From the IMG/VR virus record IMGVR_UViG_2645727948_000011: a DNA stretch of 64,000 nucleotides, one strand, 5' to 3'. Below the pieces are notes generated by a model. That model was not told the origin of the DNA. It made no database searches and saw only the letters and a program-made list of their open reading frames with translations. The position numbers and the translations under genes are program-made. Positions 56,313 to 64,000 of the stretch are shown piece by piece. How positions within the stretch are numbered: the first letter of the stretch is position 1; every line of letters starts with the position of its first letter. Origin of the DNA: a virus. Taxonomy: Duplodnaviria > Heunggongvirae > Uroviricota > Caudoviricetes.

Positions 56313-56592
56313 TCCACCCAGGCGTGCTGAATGTCAGATATAATCGGCATACTCAAATCACTCCTAACGATATGAGTCATCACCAGAAAATCAGGATTAA
56401 TGCGCCGGACTCTTCCCGGCTGTCACACCGAATCGCCAGGATGGTGAATCCCTTTACCCGAGAAACAACAAACGGTGGCTTGCACATTCCGGCTACCTGG
56501 TTCGTTGCCTGAGTTAGGGGCAAGGTTCCCCCCTTTTAACGTCACCAGACCGCTAACGACGCATGTGCCAGACGCCGTGTTACAACCAAATA

Positions 56593-56668
56593 TGGTGGCC
56601 CCTACCGGACTTGAACCGGTGACCGTGCGATTATGAGTCGCCAGCTCTAACCACTGAGCTAAAGGGCC
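56593..56668 (-). tRNA. tRNA-Ile (CAU anticodon, ileX-like; formally could be Met)
   Basis: 76 nt with encoded CCA; GGCCCTTTAGCTCAGTGGTTAGAGC...CTCATAA...GGTTCAAGTCC...GGGGCCACCA. Confidence 0.8.
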
Positions 56669-56695
56669 GGATTACTGCCAATTTTGCTTACGCTT

Positions 56696-57523
56696 TTATT
56701 TCACCGGAACAAACGGAACAGCGGTATTACTGGTCATATACTGCGGTAATGTACCGTTCCATTTGTTGATCGCTTCCAACTCCATAACACCGGGGTTCTG
56801 GCGCAGAGCTTCACCACGTAAACGAATGGCATCAGCTTCGGCCTGGGCTTTTGTGCGAATAGCATCAGCCTGTCCGGCAGCTTCCGCGCGCAGCATGTTG
56901 GCCTCTGCTTCACGTTGTTTGACCTCTTGCTCGCGTTGCAGGGTTTTTTGGTTTGCCGTGACTTTGGCGTTAATACTGTCAATAACTGTTGGCGGGTATT
57001 CTGGCTTACCTACATAAGAGAGGCTCATCACCTGAATGCCGATTGGCGTCATTTCTTCCTGAATGTCTTTAAGGGCTGCATCAAGCAATTCAGATTTGCC
57101 ACCGTCGATAAATTTGTCGGTGGTCATTTTGCTGGCTAACCGGTTCAGAGCATCTGCAACCTTCTGGCGTAGATCGGTATCAGTAATATCATCTACACCT
57201 TTGCGATAGGTCTGAAATACCGTTGTGACTTTTGCTGGATCAACCTTGTAGGCTACGCCGATGTGGTAACCAATGGTTGTTCCGTCGCTCATCTGGAAGC
57301 TGAACGGCTCATCGTATGTCTTCATTTGCTTAAAGGTCGGGAAGATATAAACTTCAGTATTCAAGCCTGTCCAGTAGCGACCAACGCCAACTACTTCACC
57401 GATACCTTTATCATCCCCCAGCTTATTTACTTTGATCCCTACGTTACCTGGCTCTACCCGATCGCATCCGGTCAGACATAAAGAACCCAAAATAATCGCT
57501 GCACTAATCAACGTTTTTTTCAT
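56696..57523 (-). CDS. SPFH/Band-7 family lipoprotein (possibly Plp)
   Basis: 275 aa; signal peptide plus lipobox LTGC; coiled-coil C-terminus typical of SPFH proteins. Confidence 0.6.
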   Translation of the reverse strand: MKKTLISAAIILGSLCLTGCDRVEPGNVGIKVNKLGDDKGIGEVVGVGRYWTGLNTEVYIFPTFKQMKTYDEPFSFQMSDGTTIGYHIGVAYKVDPAKVTTVFQTYRKGVDDITDTDLRQKVADALNRLASKMTTDKFIDGGKSELLDAALKDIQEEMTPIGIQVMSLSYVGKPEYPPTVIDSINAKVTANQKTLQREQEVKQREAEANMLRAEAAGQADAIRTKAQAEADAIRLRGEALRQNPGVMELEAINKWNGTLPQYMTSNTAVPFVPVK

Positions 57524-57740
57524 TAATTAATTTCCTGGTTTTTTCACGAAAAAAGACTACTGCGAAAGCCGGGTAAATGAGCGCGAGAAGGACTCCCAAC
57601 AATACAAGTATTGTGCTGTTAGATGAGATCATATTTGGCAAAAGCCAAACATACAGAACCAGTGACACAATCAAACAGAGGACGGCATAAATATATAACC
57701 GCACCCATAGCGTTCGACATTTGTTCGGATTGTTCTGCAT
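57504..57740 (-). CDS. small membrane protein (possibly Upl)
   Basis: 78 aa with two hydrophobic segments; overlaps the lipoprotein gene start. Confidence 0.45.
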   Translation of the reverse strand: MQNNPNKCRTLWVRLYIYAVLCLIVSLVLYVWLLPNMISSNSTILVLLGVLLALIYPAFAVVFFREKTRKLINEKNVD

Positions 57741-57887
57741 CCTCTCACTCCATTATTTAACGAATAAAAAAGCTGCGGTGCCGGGTGCCTCCCGGTGTCC
57801 TTTGGCTGGTTATCCACCGTGGACGGGGAAACAAGGAGAAATGAATGGACTGATATAACCATTTCCCCGCGTGCGCTTAGCCGCATT

Positions 57888-58668
57888 CACCGCAACGGAA
57901 AGAGCATTCTTGGTGGACCTGTAGATTGGGATATGAACCCGTTACAGGAGAATGCTCTTACCTGTTACGTGCTCCGTTTCGTGGAGCTAACGGCGGGTGA
58001 TCGGGCCGCACCAGGCTGGACTTATTTCAGCGTTATGCTCATGCCAGAGAATCAAACTGTGATGGTCGGTGCTGAACTCCGACACAGGGTTGTAGCAAGC
58101 CCCGCAAAGCGCGCACTACTGTAGTTGCGGCACATCAGCCTGTGCATTCACCACAATGTTGAGAACACTGGTTGTCACGCTGCAACGCAACATTTATTCG
58201 TAGATTGGGATATGACCCCGTTACGCCAGTGTTCTCAACGTTGTAGTGCCGGTTACGGTTCCGGCCAGGCCTCTTCCTCAACGGGGTGTTCTCCATACGG
58301 ACTACCGTTTATTGGTCGTTCCTGCGGTTTATGTTGTGAAGCCAGATGCTTATCTTCTGGTTGCTTCAAAGAGCTGCACTTCATCACAACGGTAAGAGCA
58401 CTCGATGCATTTAAGCCAAGCCCCATAAGGGAGAATGCCCTTACCTGTTGTGTTGTGATGACCGGTGCTGATCTCCGGCTTGCGGTTATTTCAGACTCTC
58501 ACGGGCGTTTAATTGCCCCGCCGAACAGCTCTTTTCCGCAATAGCTGCAATGTCTTTCGCGCATCAGCCTGCGCATTCATCACAACGGTAAGGGTACTTC
58601 GTAGGGATTCGAACCCTCTGCCAAGCTCGGCGATCTCCGACGTCGCAAAATACCCTTACCTGTTGTGC
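57888..58668. repeat. four imperfect inverted-repeat (hairpin) elements with a shared terminal motif, one with a tRNA T-arm-like core
   Basis: Elements ~57888..57972, 58150..58247, 58383..58459, 58577..58668; arms ATCACAACGGTAAG(A/G)G... / ...C(C/T)CTTACCTGTTGTG; the last contains GGGATTCGAACCC. Confidence 0.6.
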
Positions 58669-58744
58669 TGGTGCCGATTAACGGACTCGAACCGCTGACA
58701 TCCTGCTTACAAGGCAGGCGCTCTACCAACTGAGCTAAACCGGC
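58669..58744 (-). tRNA. tRNA-Thr (UGU)
   Basis: 76 nt with encoded CCA; GCCGGTTTAGCTCAGTTGGTAGAGC...anticodon loop CTTGTAA...GGTTCGAGTCC...GGCACCA. Confidence 0.85.
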
Positions 58745-58746
58745 AT

Positions 58747-58822
58747 TGGCGATGGTGGATGGATTTGAACCATCGACCCGTTGATTAACAGTCAACCGCT
58801 CTAACCGCTGAGCTACACCATC
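58747..58822 (-). tRNA. tRNA-Asn (GUU)
   Basis: 76 nt with encoded CCA; GATGGTGTAGCTCAGCGGTTAGAGC...CTGTTAA...GGTTCAAATCC...ATCGCCA. Confidence 0.85.
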
Positions 58823-59479
58823 ACTTGCCGGGTACGTCTCCGGCGAGGGCTTCCACCTCCGTATGCTTTTCGGCGCACCGCGCCCTGGCTGCAATTCGGT
58901 AACAGGGGATGCATAACCCTGGCTTCCAGCGTGATTAGCGCTTTCAGCATGACGGGATATACCCGTAAATTCGTGGAACTGTACCCAAAGTGCTGTTAAG
59001 CACCGCTGTTACGCTGAAAAGAAGACGCAACAGGAAAGGACGCTGACCAACAGATGGCCCCTTCTCGTTCATCTGGTTAATCACACCAGCGCCCTTACCT
59101 GTTGTGCCTCCCCGTTCCCTAATACACAGACGGGGACACTCTGCGGTCGATTTTTTGACGGGGGACGACTCATACCCCGTGGCGTCTGGCTTCTTAGGCC
59201 GCTACCATCATCAGATCATCGTTTGCATTTACTTTAATGGTCAGTTTCTAAACCGCCGCAAAGTCGCTAACCATGACGAAAACCCTGAAAAAAACGCCCA
59301 CCCGAAGATGGGCAAACTGGAAGCTCGTAACGCACTTCGGTGTTGCCACTTAGGCGTATGGTCAACCTGGCAACTCGGCGTCATGAGGGGGAAGGAGTCA
59401 CTACCCCGCCATACTTGCCGCCGCGCCTGTCGCGGCTAACAGCTAAATCGCTCTATAAATCACGATTCATTGAGGCGAT

Positions 59480-59507
59480 ATTACACTAATAAATTTATTA
59501 GAGCAAT
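59480..59507. promoter_or_regulatory. overlapping divergent C1 operator dyad
   Basis: ATTACACTAATAAATTT on plus overlapping a perfect ATTGCTCTAATAAATTT on minus; upstream, in minus-strand sense, of the tRNA/hairpin cluster. Confidence 0.7.
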
Positions 59508-61516
59508 ATTGCTATAACGTCATGAGCAACACCTCGAGTGTCCCCCTTACAAGACACAGAACGTCTGGCAAAAAGAGGTTCCACTCTGAAGCCACTGTCC
59601 TGATAAAGTTCTCTGATGTTTGGCGCGCCACTGTTAGTAATGAGAACCTTTGCACCTCGGCGATGAGCATCCGTCAACAGAGACGCCAGGCGTTTTTGCT
59701 CTTCAAACTTAAAGTCATGACCGGAATAGTTCGTGAATCCCTCTGTATTTGGGAGCGGTTCATACGGCGGATCGCAAAAGATGACATCTCCTTCTCCGGC
59801 AGCTTCAATCACCGCAGCAAAATCACCACATACAAACTCAGAACGCCCTTCCGCACCAAGGAAGGCTTCCATCTCCTGCAATGGGAAATACGGAGTTTTA
59901 TACTTCCCATAACCGACATTGAACTCACCGGCTTGGTTGTAACGCGTCAATCCGTTAAAACAATGTCGGTTCAGGAACAAAAACGCCGCTGCGCGATGTA
60001 AATCATCATAGACTTGTTTGTTAAACGCATTCCGTACTGCCAGGTATCCTTCCTGCGTGTTGTAGTCCTGGAAGAAACGATGTGCCAGAGTGATAAGTGA
60101 ATGCGCCTCGCGTTGCAGAGTCTTGTAAAAGTTAATCAGGTCAGCATTCACATCATTTAGCAGATTTTCCTGGTATCCGGCATTCATGAAGACAGCTCCG
60201 CCACCAACGAAAGGCTCAATCAGGCGCTTCCCTTCTGGCAAATAGCGAAAGATTTGTTCCAGAACACCAAATTTTCCACCAGCCCATTTGAATATGGACC
60301 GTTCGAATTCTGCCGCTGGTTTAACTTTTCGCTCTTTTGTTTCACTCCCTTCCTTCTGCCGACATGCAGCCTTGGCAATCCGATCGCCAATCCAGCGCAT
60401 TACTGGTATCGCCATACTATTGCCGATCGCTTTGTAACGCGGTCCGTCAGCTGCAAGCATCGCGGCCTCTTCTTCGCTCAAATCAGGATAGTTTTTGCGA
60501 AGGTATGCCAGTTCATCTGAAGAAACTTTTTTACGCTTTTCCGTAGGGATCAATGTATGTCCATCAGGAAAACCTTGCAGCCTTTCACATTCGACAGGGA
60601 TAAGACGGCGCATTCTACCGTCGACGAGCAATACAATTGGTGCTTCATGGTTACATGTCAAAGTTGGTGCCGAATTATCGGTTTTTATCTCAGCCCCTCC
60701 TTGCCCATGTGCCATGGCAACTATGTTTGTATCATCGCAAGATCTGATAGCGATGTTTGAAGTATATCTGGTAGTTTCCTTCCCCTCGCCTCTGCTCGGC
60801 GCAATATTCCGGCGCACGCCTTCGAACTCAAAAAGTACCGTTGCGGGATCGAGGTCTGTTCGAGCACTTGCGACAACAAACACGCGTCGGCGTCGTTGTG
60901 CCACTCCGAAGTATTGGGCATCAAGGATTCTCCAGGCCACCTTTCGCTGCGGTCCATAAATACAACCACACTGCGGCCACTTTGGAGCATGGCAACCGGT
61001 TTTGCCATCCCACCGCCAGAACGCGTTACTTTTTCCTGATTCAGGTCGATCACCTGGTTCAAATGGCGCATCTTCTCCAGCCAATCCGGCAAGGAAACAT
61101 CCGAAGGCGTTATCTGCCGATGACAGGACTCCTGGGACATTTTCCCAGACGATAACTGTCGGTTTGAGGAAGGACTCAGACCGTTTGTCGTCAATTGCAT
61201 TTGCAAGCTCCACATACTTCAAAGTTAGCGCGCCGCGTTCATCATCAAGCCCACCACGTAAGCCCGCGATACTGAATGCCTGACAAGGCGTACCCCCGAC
61301 GAGCACATCAGGGGATTCGATTTCCCCAGCCAGGACTTTTTTGGCAAGTTTTGTCATGTCGCCAAGGTTGGCGACATGGGGCCAGCGGTGCGCAAGAACG
61401 GCAGATGGAAAAGGCTCGATTTCAGCAAACCACGCCGGACGCATACCCAACGGTTCCCAGGCAATACTCGCGGCTTCAATTCCACTGCAAACAGATCCAT
61501 AGCACAGCTCTTTCAC
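59498..61516 (-). CDS. dmt: Dmt-like bifunctional DNA methyltransferase (N-terminal C5-cytosine, C-terminal Dam-like N6-adenine)
   Basis: 672 aa; [12 protein letters not shown] (PCQ) in the N-terminal half; FCDPPYEP (DPPY) in the C-terminal half. Confidence 0.8.
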   Translation of the reverse strand: MKELCYGSVCSGIEAASIAWEPLGMRPAWFAEIEPFPSAVLAHRWPHVANLGDMTKLAKKVLAGEIESPDVLVGGTPCQAFSIAGLRGGLDDERGALTLKYVELANAIDDKRSESFLKPTVIVWENVPGVLSSADNAFGCFLAGLAGEDAPFEPGDRPESGKSNAFWRWDGKTGCHAPKWPQCGCIYGPQRKVAWRILDAQYFGVAQRRRRVFVVASARTDLDPATVLFEFEGVRRNIAPSRGEGKETTRYTSNIAIRSCDDTNIVAMAHGQGGAEIKTDNSAPTLTCNHEAPIVLLVDGRMRRLIPVECERLQGFPDGHTLIPTEKRKKVSSDELAYLRKNYPDLSEEEAAMLAADGPRYKAIGNSMAIPVMRWIGDRIAKAACRQKEGSETKERKVKPAAEFERSIFKWAGGKFGVLEQIFRYLPEGKRLIEPFVGGGAVFMNAGYQENLLNDVNADLINFYKTLQREAHSLITLAHRFFQDYNTQEGYLAVRNAFNKQVYDDLHRAAAFLFLNRHCFNGLTRYNQAGEFNVGYGKYKTPYFPLQEMEAFLGAEGRSEFVCGDFAAVIEAAGEGDVIFCDPPYEPLPNTEGFTNYSGHDFKFEEQKRLASLLTDAHRRGAKVLITNSGAPNIRELYQDSGFRVEPLFARRSVSCKGDTRGVAHDVIAILL

Positions 61517-62418
61517 TGCTTAGCCTCTCCACCAAGGGCATTTACCAGAGCATCAACCAGGCACGAAATTTCACTGGTCAACAGGAAGAAATCTGCGTCC
61601 AGTCGCTGCGCAACATCTTCACTATCAATATCAGAGTTCTGCTCAAGCAATTCATCCGCAAATTTGACGCTGGTAAGGCTGAAGTTATGGTCCAGTGTAA
61701 ATTTAATGCGGTTCTGCCAGTCGAGTGCCAACTTAGTAACGAGCTTGCCAGCTTCCAGGTGTGTGGAAATTTCATCGCTTCCCAAATCCTGCTTTTTCAC
61801 TCGGGCAATACCGCCATCCTCAAGCACTGCCTTAAGTTCTGCCGCATCCCCCATTTGAAATCCCTGTGGAGCACTACCATCACGTACCCAGTCGGTCAGC
61901 GTTAATTCAATGGGATTTTCAACACTTAGGGGAACAACAGGAAGAGAACCCAGAGATTTACGCATAAGCGCGAGCATATCCTCTGCCTGCCGCGCGCTGG
62001 CATTGATATAGATACGTTTAGTTGAACCGTCGTAGATCGCCTGGATAACAGAAAACTTTGAAAAAGCCCGTGGCAGAAGAGAATGCAGAACTTCGTCTTT
62101 CAGGGAGTCCTTCTCTGTTTTCTTCAGTTTACGCGCTTGTTCTTGCTCGAGTTTTTCAATTTTTTCTTGAATAGCTCGCTGGATAACCGGCGGGGGAAGA
62201 ATTTTTGTTTCGCGCTTTGCTTCAACAAGGATAAAACCATTTCCATGCATAGCGATAACTTCGGAATTATCACCAAATGGAGATACAAAACCGAACTTGG
62301 CCATATCCTGACTACCGCATGGTGTGAAAAGGATCATTTTCTTTTTATCTTCTAAGTCGGTCAGATCCGCCTCACGAGAAAGTTTATAAATAGTAATGTT
62401 TTTCCAGTGCTTAAACAT
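61513..62418 (-). CDS. hrdC: HrdC, RdgC homologue
   Basis: 301 aa from ATG at 62416-62418 ([16 protein letters not shown]...); [25 protein letters not shown] and [10 protein letters not shown] match the RdgC pattern. Confidence 0.85.
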   Translation of the reverse strand: MFKHWKNITIYKLSREADLTDLEDKKKMILFTPCGSQDMAKFGFVSPFGDNSEVIAMHGNGFILVEAKRETKILPPPVIQRAIQEKIEKLEQEQARKLKKTEKDSLKDEVLHSLLPRAFSKFSVIQAIYDGSTKRIYINASARQAEDMLALMRKSLGSLPVVPLSVENPIELTLTDWVRDGSAPQGFQMGDAAELKAVLEDGGIARVKKQDLGSDEISTHLEAGKLVTKLALDWQNRIKFTLDHNFSLTSVKFADELLEQNSDIDSEDVAQRLDADFFLLTSEISCLVDALVNALGGEAKQ

Positions 62419-62767
62419 GTTGTAACCCTTGAATATCAACCACAGAAAGCTCGTCTTTGTAGAAAAAGGCCAGGTTGTGGCACCCCCTCGTTTGAGCGTA
62501 TGAGCTGGGACCAATTTCGTTCTTCCAGACAAATGGCTTCAAATCCGTACGGCGAAGCATAAAAACGCGATTTGTTCCGCTCTGATTCCCAATGAGGCAA
62601 AAGCCTTCTTTCACCTTGATAGCCTGCAAGTTGTCGAGTTCACCGCTGGTTACACGGCTATCGAACTCTTTGCGGCTTATTAGCTCCATCTGCATCTGAC
62701 GACTCCAAACAAATGCCCATTGAAGGGCGATGGCTGAATGGTACCGAAAATACGACATAAAAAACAA
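62411..62767 (-). CDS. hypothetical protein
   Basis: 118-aa ORF overlapping the hrdC start by 8 nt; C1 operator just upstream. Confidence 0.4.
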   Translation of the reverse strand: MFFMSYFRYHSAIALQWAFVWSRQMQMELISRKEFDSRVTSGELDNLQAIKVKEGFCLIGNQSGTNRVFMLRRTDLKPFVWKNEIGPSSYAQTRGCHNLAFFYKDELSVVDIQGLQHV

Positions 62768-62783
62768 TATTTATTAGAGCAAT
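62767..62783 (-). promoter_or_regulatory. C1 operator-like site
   Basis: Reverse complement ATTGCTCTAATAAATAT. Confidence 0.6.
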
Positions 62784-62864
62784 TTTGCAATAGTTGAACT
62801 CCATGTAGACCACAAACAACCTGAGTTAAAATAACGAAAATCAGAGCAAATAATTGGTGATAAC

Positions 62865-63149
62865 GTGGCAAGTATTGCAACAAAAGACAGCATTTGTTCG
62901 GGGCACGGAGGATTCCCATCCAGGCCTCCTGTAGAGAGTGAACCACTACTTAAAGTCAACGGAGTCGAAGTGTTAGTTGATGGTAAGCAATATGCACAGC
63001 ATACCGATGGAAACAGTACGCACGGTGGGCAAGCTATATCAACCAGGGCATGGTTTACCGTCAATGGTAAAGGGATCGTATGCGTTGGTGACCCTGTTTC
63101 ATGCGGATCTACCGTAGCGTCCGGAGACGGCCTGGTTCAGGTAAGTTAG
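62865..63149 (+). CDS. PAAR-like repeat protein
   Basis: 94 aa, CSGHGGFP...THGGQAIST...CVGDPVSCGSTVASGDG: Gly/Cys-rich repeats as in PAAR spike-tip proteins. Confidence 0.55.
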   Translation: MASIATKDSICSGHGGFPSRPPVESEPLLKVNGVEVLVDGKQYAQHTDGNSTHGGQAISTRAWFTVNGKGIVCVGDPVSCGSTVASGDGLVQVS

Positions 63150-63157
63150 GAGATATC

Positions 63158-63943
63158 ATGCTGGAAAAAGACTACCAGTTATCCGCATATAAAAAATTGG
63201 CCGCCGCCGGTGGGATGAAAACACCTGGTGCCATAACATCGGCACGAAACAGTGCTAACACAGCAAAACTGCTTGCAGAAGAATTGACCGGATTAATTCT
63301 GGATACAATTGTCTATCCCGACACTATTACCAGCTATGTTTCAACGATCAGAACAACCACAACCGGCTTAACGAACATTGGAGAACTGGCAACTAAGCAC
63401 GCGGACCTGTTGGCTGGTTATGCAGATCTGTCAATGCTGCTTCAACTCGATATTGGTTGGGATGTTTACTGCCGTGCTAATGAGCGAGAAGTATCAGAAC
63501 TGCCGATCTCTATTGCCATTGGTGATGTGACTATTACTAAATCGCTTGAGGACGCTGTAAACGCGCTTAATACATCAAGTTTAGTCGCTGCTATGGGGGA
63601 GATTAACCAGACCCTTAACACTGGCTCAGGAAGCTCGTCAGGCTCTGGTTCAGGCGGCGGCACTGCCACTCCCCCACCAGCACTAACAGAAGAGCAAATT
63701 GAATCTCTGAAAGTAGCAACTGAACAGTTTGGGGTTGTATTCAACCAGACAACAGCGCCCACAACTGCGTTACAACAGCAGTATGAACGAGCGAATGAAA
63801 GCGCCAATGTAGCCATAACTGCTTATAACCATGCTATCGGTACTGCGCTTGCGGAAGCATCAGCAAATAAGGCCAGCACAGCCAGCGCAGTTGCTGCTTT
63901 GGTGATGCGCCGCGCGATAAATGCACTCTATCTTGTGCGATAA
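63158..63943 (+). CDS. hypothetical protein with Gly/Ser linker
   Basis: 262 aa from ATG at 63158 (GGAGATATC RBS); internal TGSGSSSGSGSGGGTATPPP linker. Confidence 0.5.
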   Translation: MLEKDYQLSAYKKLAAAGGMKTPGAITSARNSANTAKLLAEELTGLILDTIVYPDTITSYVSTIRTTTTGLTNIGELATKHADLLAGYADLSMLLQLDIGWDVYCRANEREVSELPISIAIGDVTITKSLEDAVNALNTSSLVAAMGEINQTLNTGSGSSSGSGSGGGTATPPPALTEEQIESLKVATEQFGVVFNQTTAPTTALQQQYERANESANVAITAYNHAIGTALAEASANKASTASAVAALVMRRAINALYLVR

Positions 63944-64000
63944 ATGGCATCCACGCGGCGTTTCATTATTTGAAAAAGAATTACATTTCAGGTTGCGTTA

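Noticed and set aside
56593-56668. Calling the CAU-anticodon tRNA initiator or elongator tRNA-Met
   Set aside because: The body matches the ileX-type tRNA-Ile2 pattern as I remember it; identity depends on lysidine modification and cannot be settled from sequence.
57888-58668. Possible CRISPR array
   Set aside because: The repeats are inverted (hairpin-forming) with variable length and spacing, not regular direct repeats separated by unique spacers, and no cas genes are nearby.
57795-58698. Plus-strand ORFs 57795..58124, 58125..58544 and 58513..58698
   Set aside because: They run across the hairpin repeat array and tRNA flank; their translations are low-complexity and Cys/Arg-rich, consistent with chance frames through inverted repeats.

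Overview
This window reads as a bacteriophage P1-like phage-plasmid genome, reverse-complemented relative to the usual P1 map and running across the loxP/cre junction. Every identification is from reading the sequence and the supplied translations against remembered P1 biology; no database search was run. Left to right: two tail-fibre variable cassettes and a Cin-family invertase (1..1400); the lydA-lydB-hdf-darA-ddrA-ddrB operon (1836..9113); a terminase-ATPase paralogue operon with ssb (9145..11711); lyz, pro, prt; the 2255-aa DarB methyltransferase-helicase, ulx and lxc; a low-GC SIR2-domain gene (23056..24360); mat-like, ref, cra-like, cre, loxP (27866..27899); coi, c1, pacB, pacA with the pac hexamer cluster; lpa, pdcB, doc/phd, humD with a LexA box, hot; a long minus-strand block of small mostly uncharacterised genes (35.5-49 kb); baseplate-type genes (49-54 kb); a glycosyltransferase-like gene, ban, tRNA-Ile, an SPFH lipoprotein, hairpin repeats, tRNA-Thr, tRNA-Asn, dmt, hrdC and a PAAR-like gene. 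About a dozen 17-bp C1-operator-like sites are scattered through the window. The strongest candidate for an undescribed system is the single-gene SIR2-family insert sitting where, as I recall the P1 map, the EcoP1I res/mod genes lie. Secondary candidates are the catalytically degenerate terminase paralogue, the multi-cassette invertible tail-fibre region, and the hairpin/tRNA-like repeat array beside the phage tRNAs. No IS1, res/mod, rRNA or CRISPR array was found.
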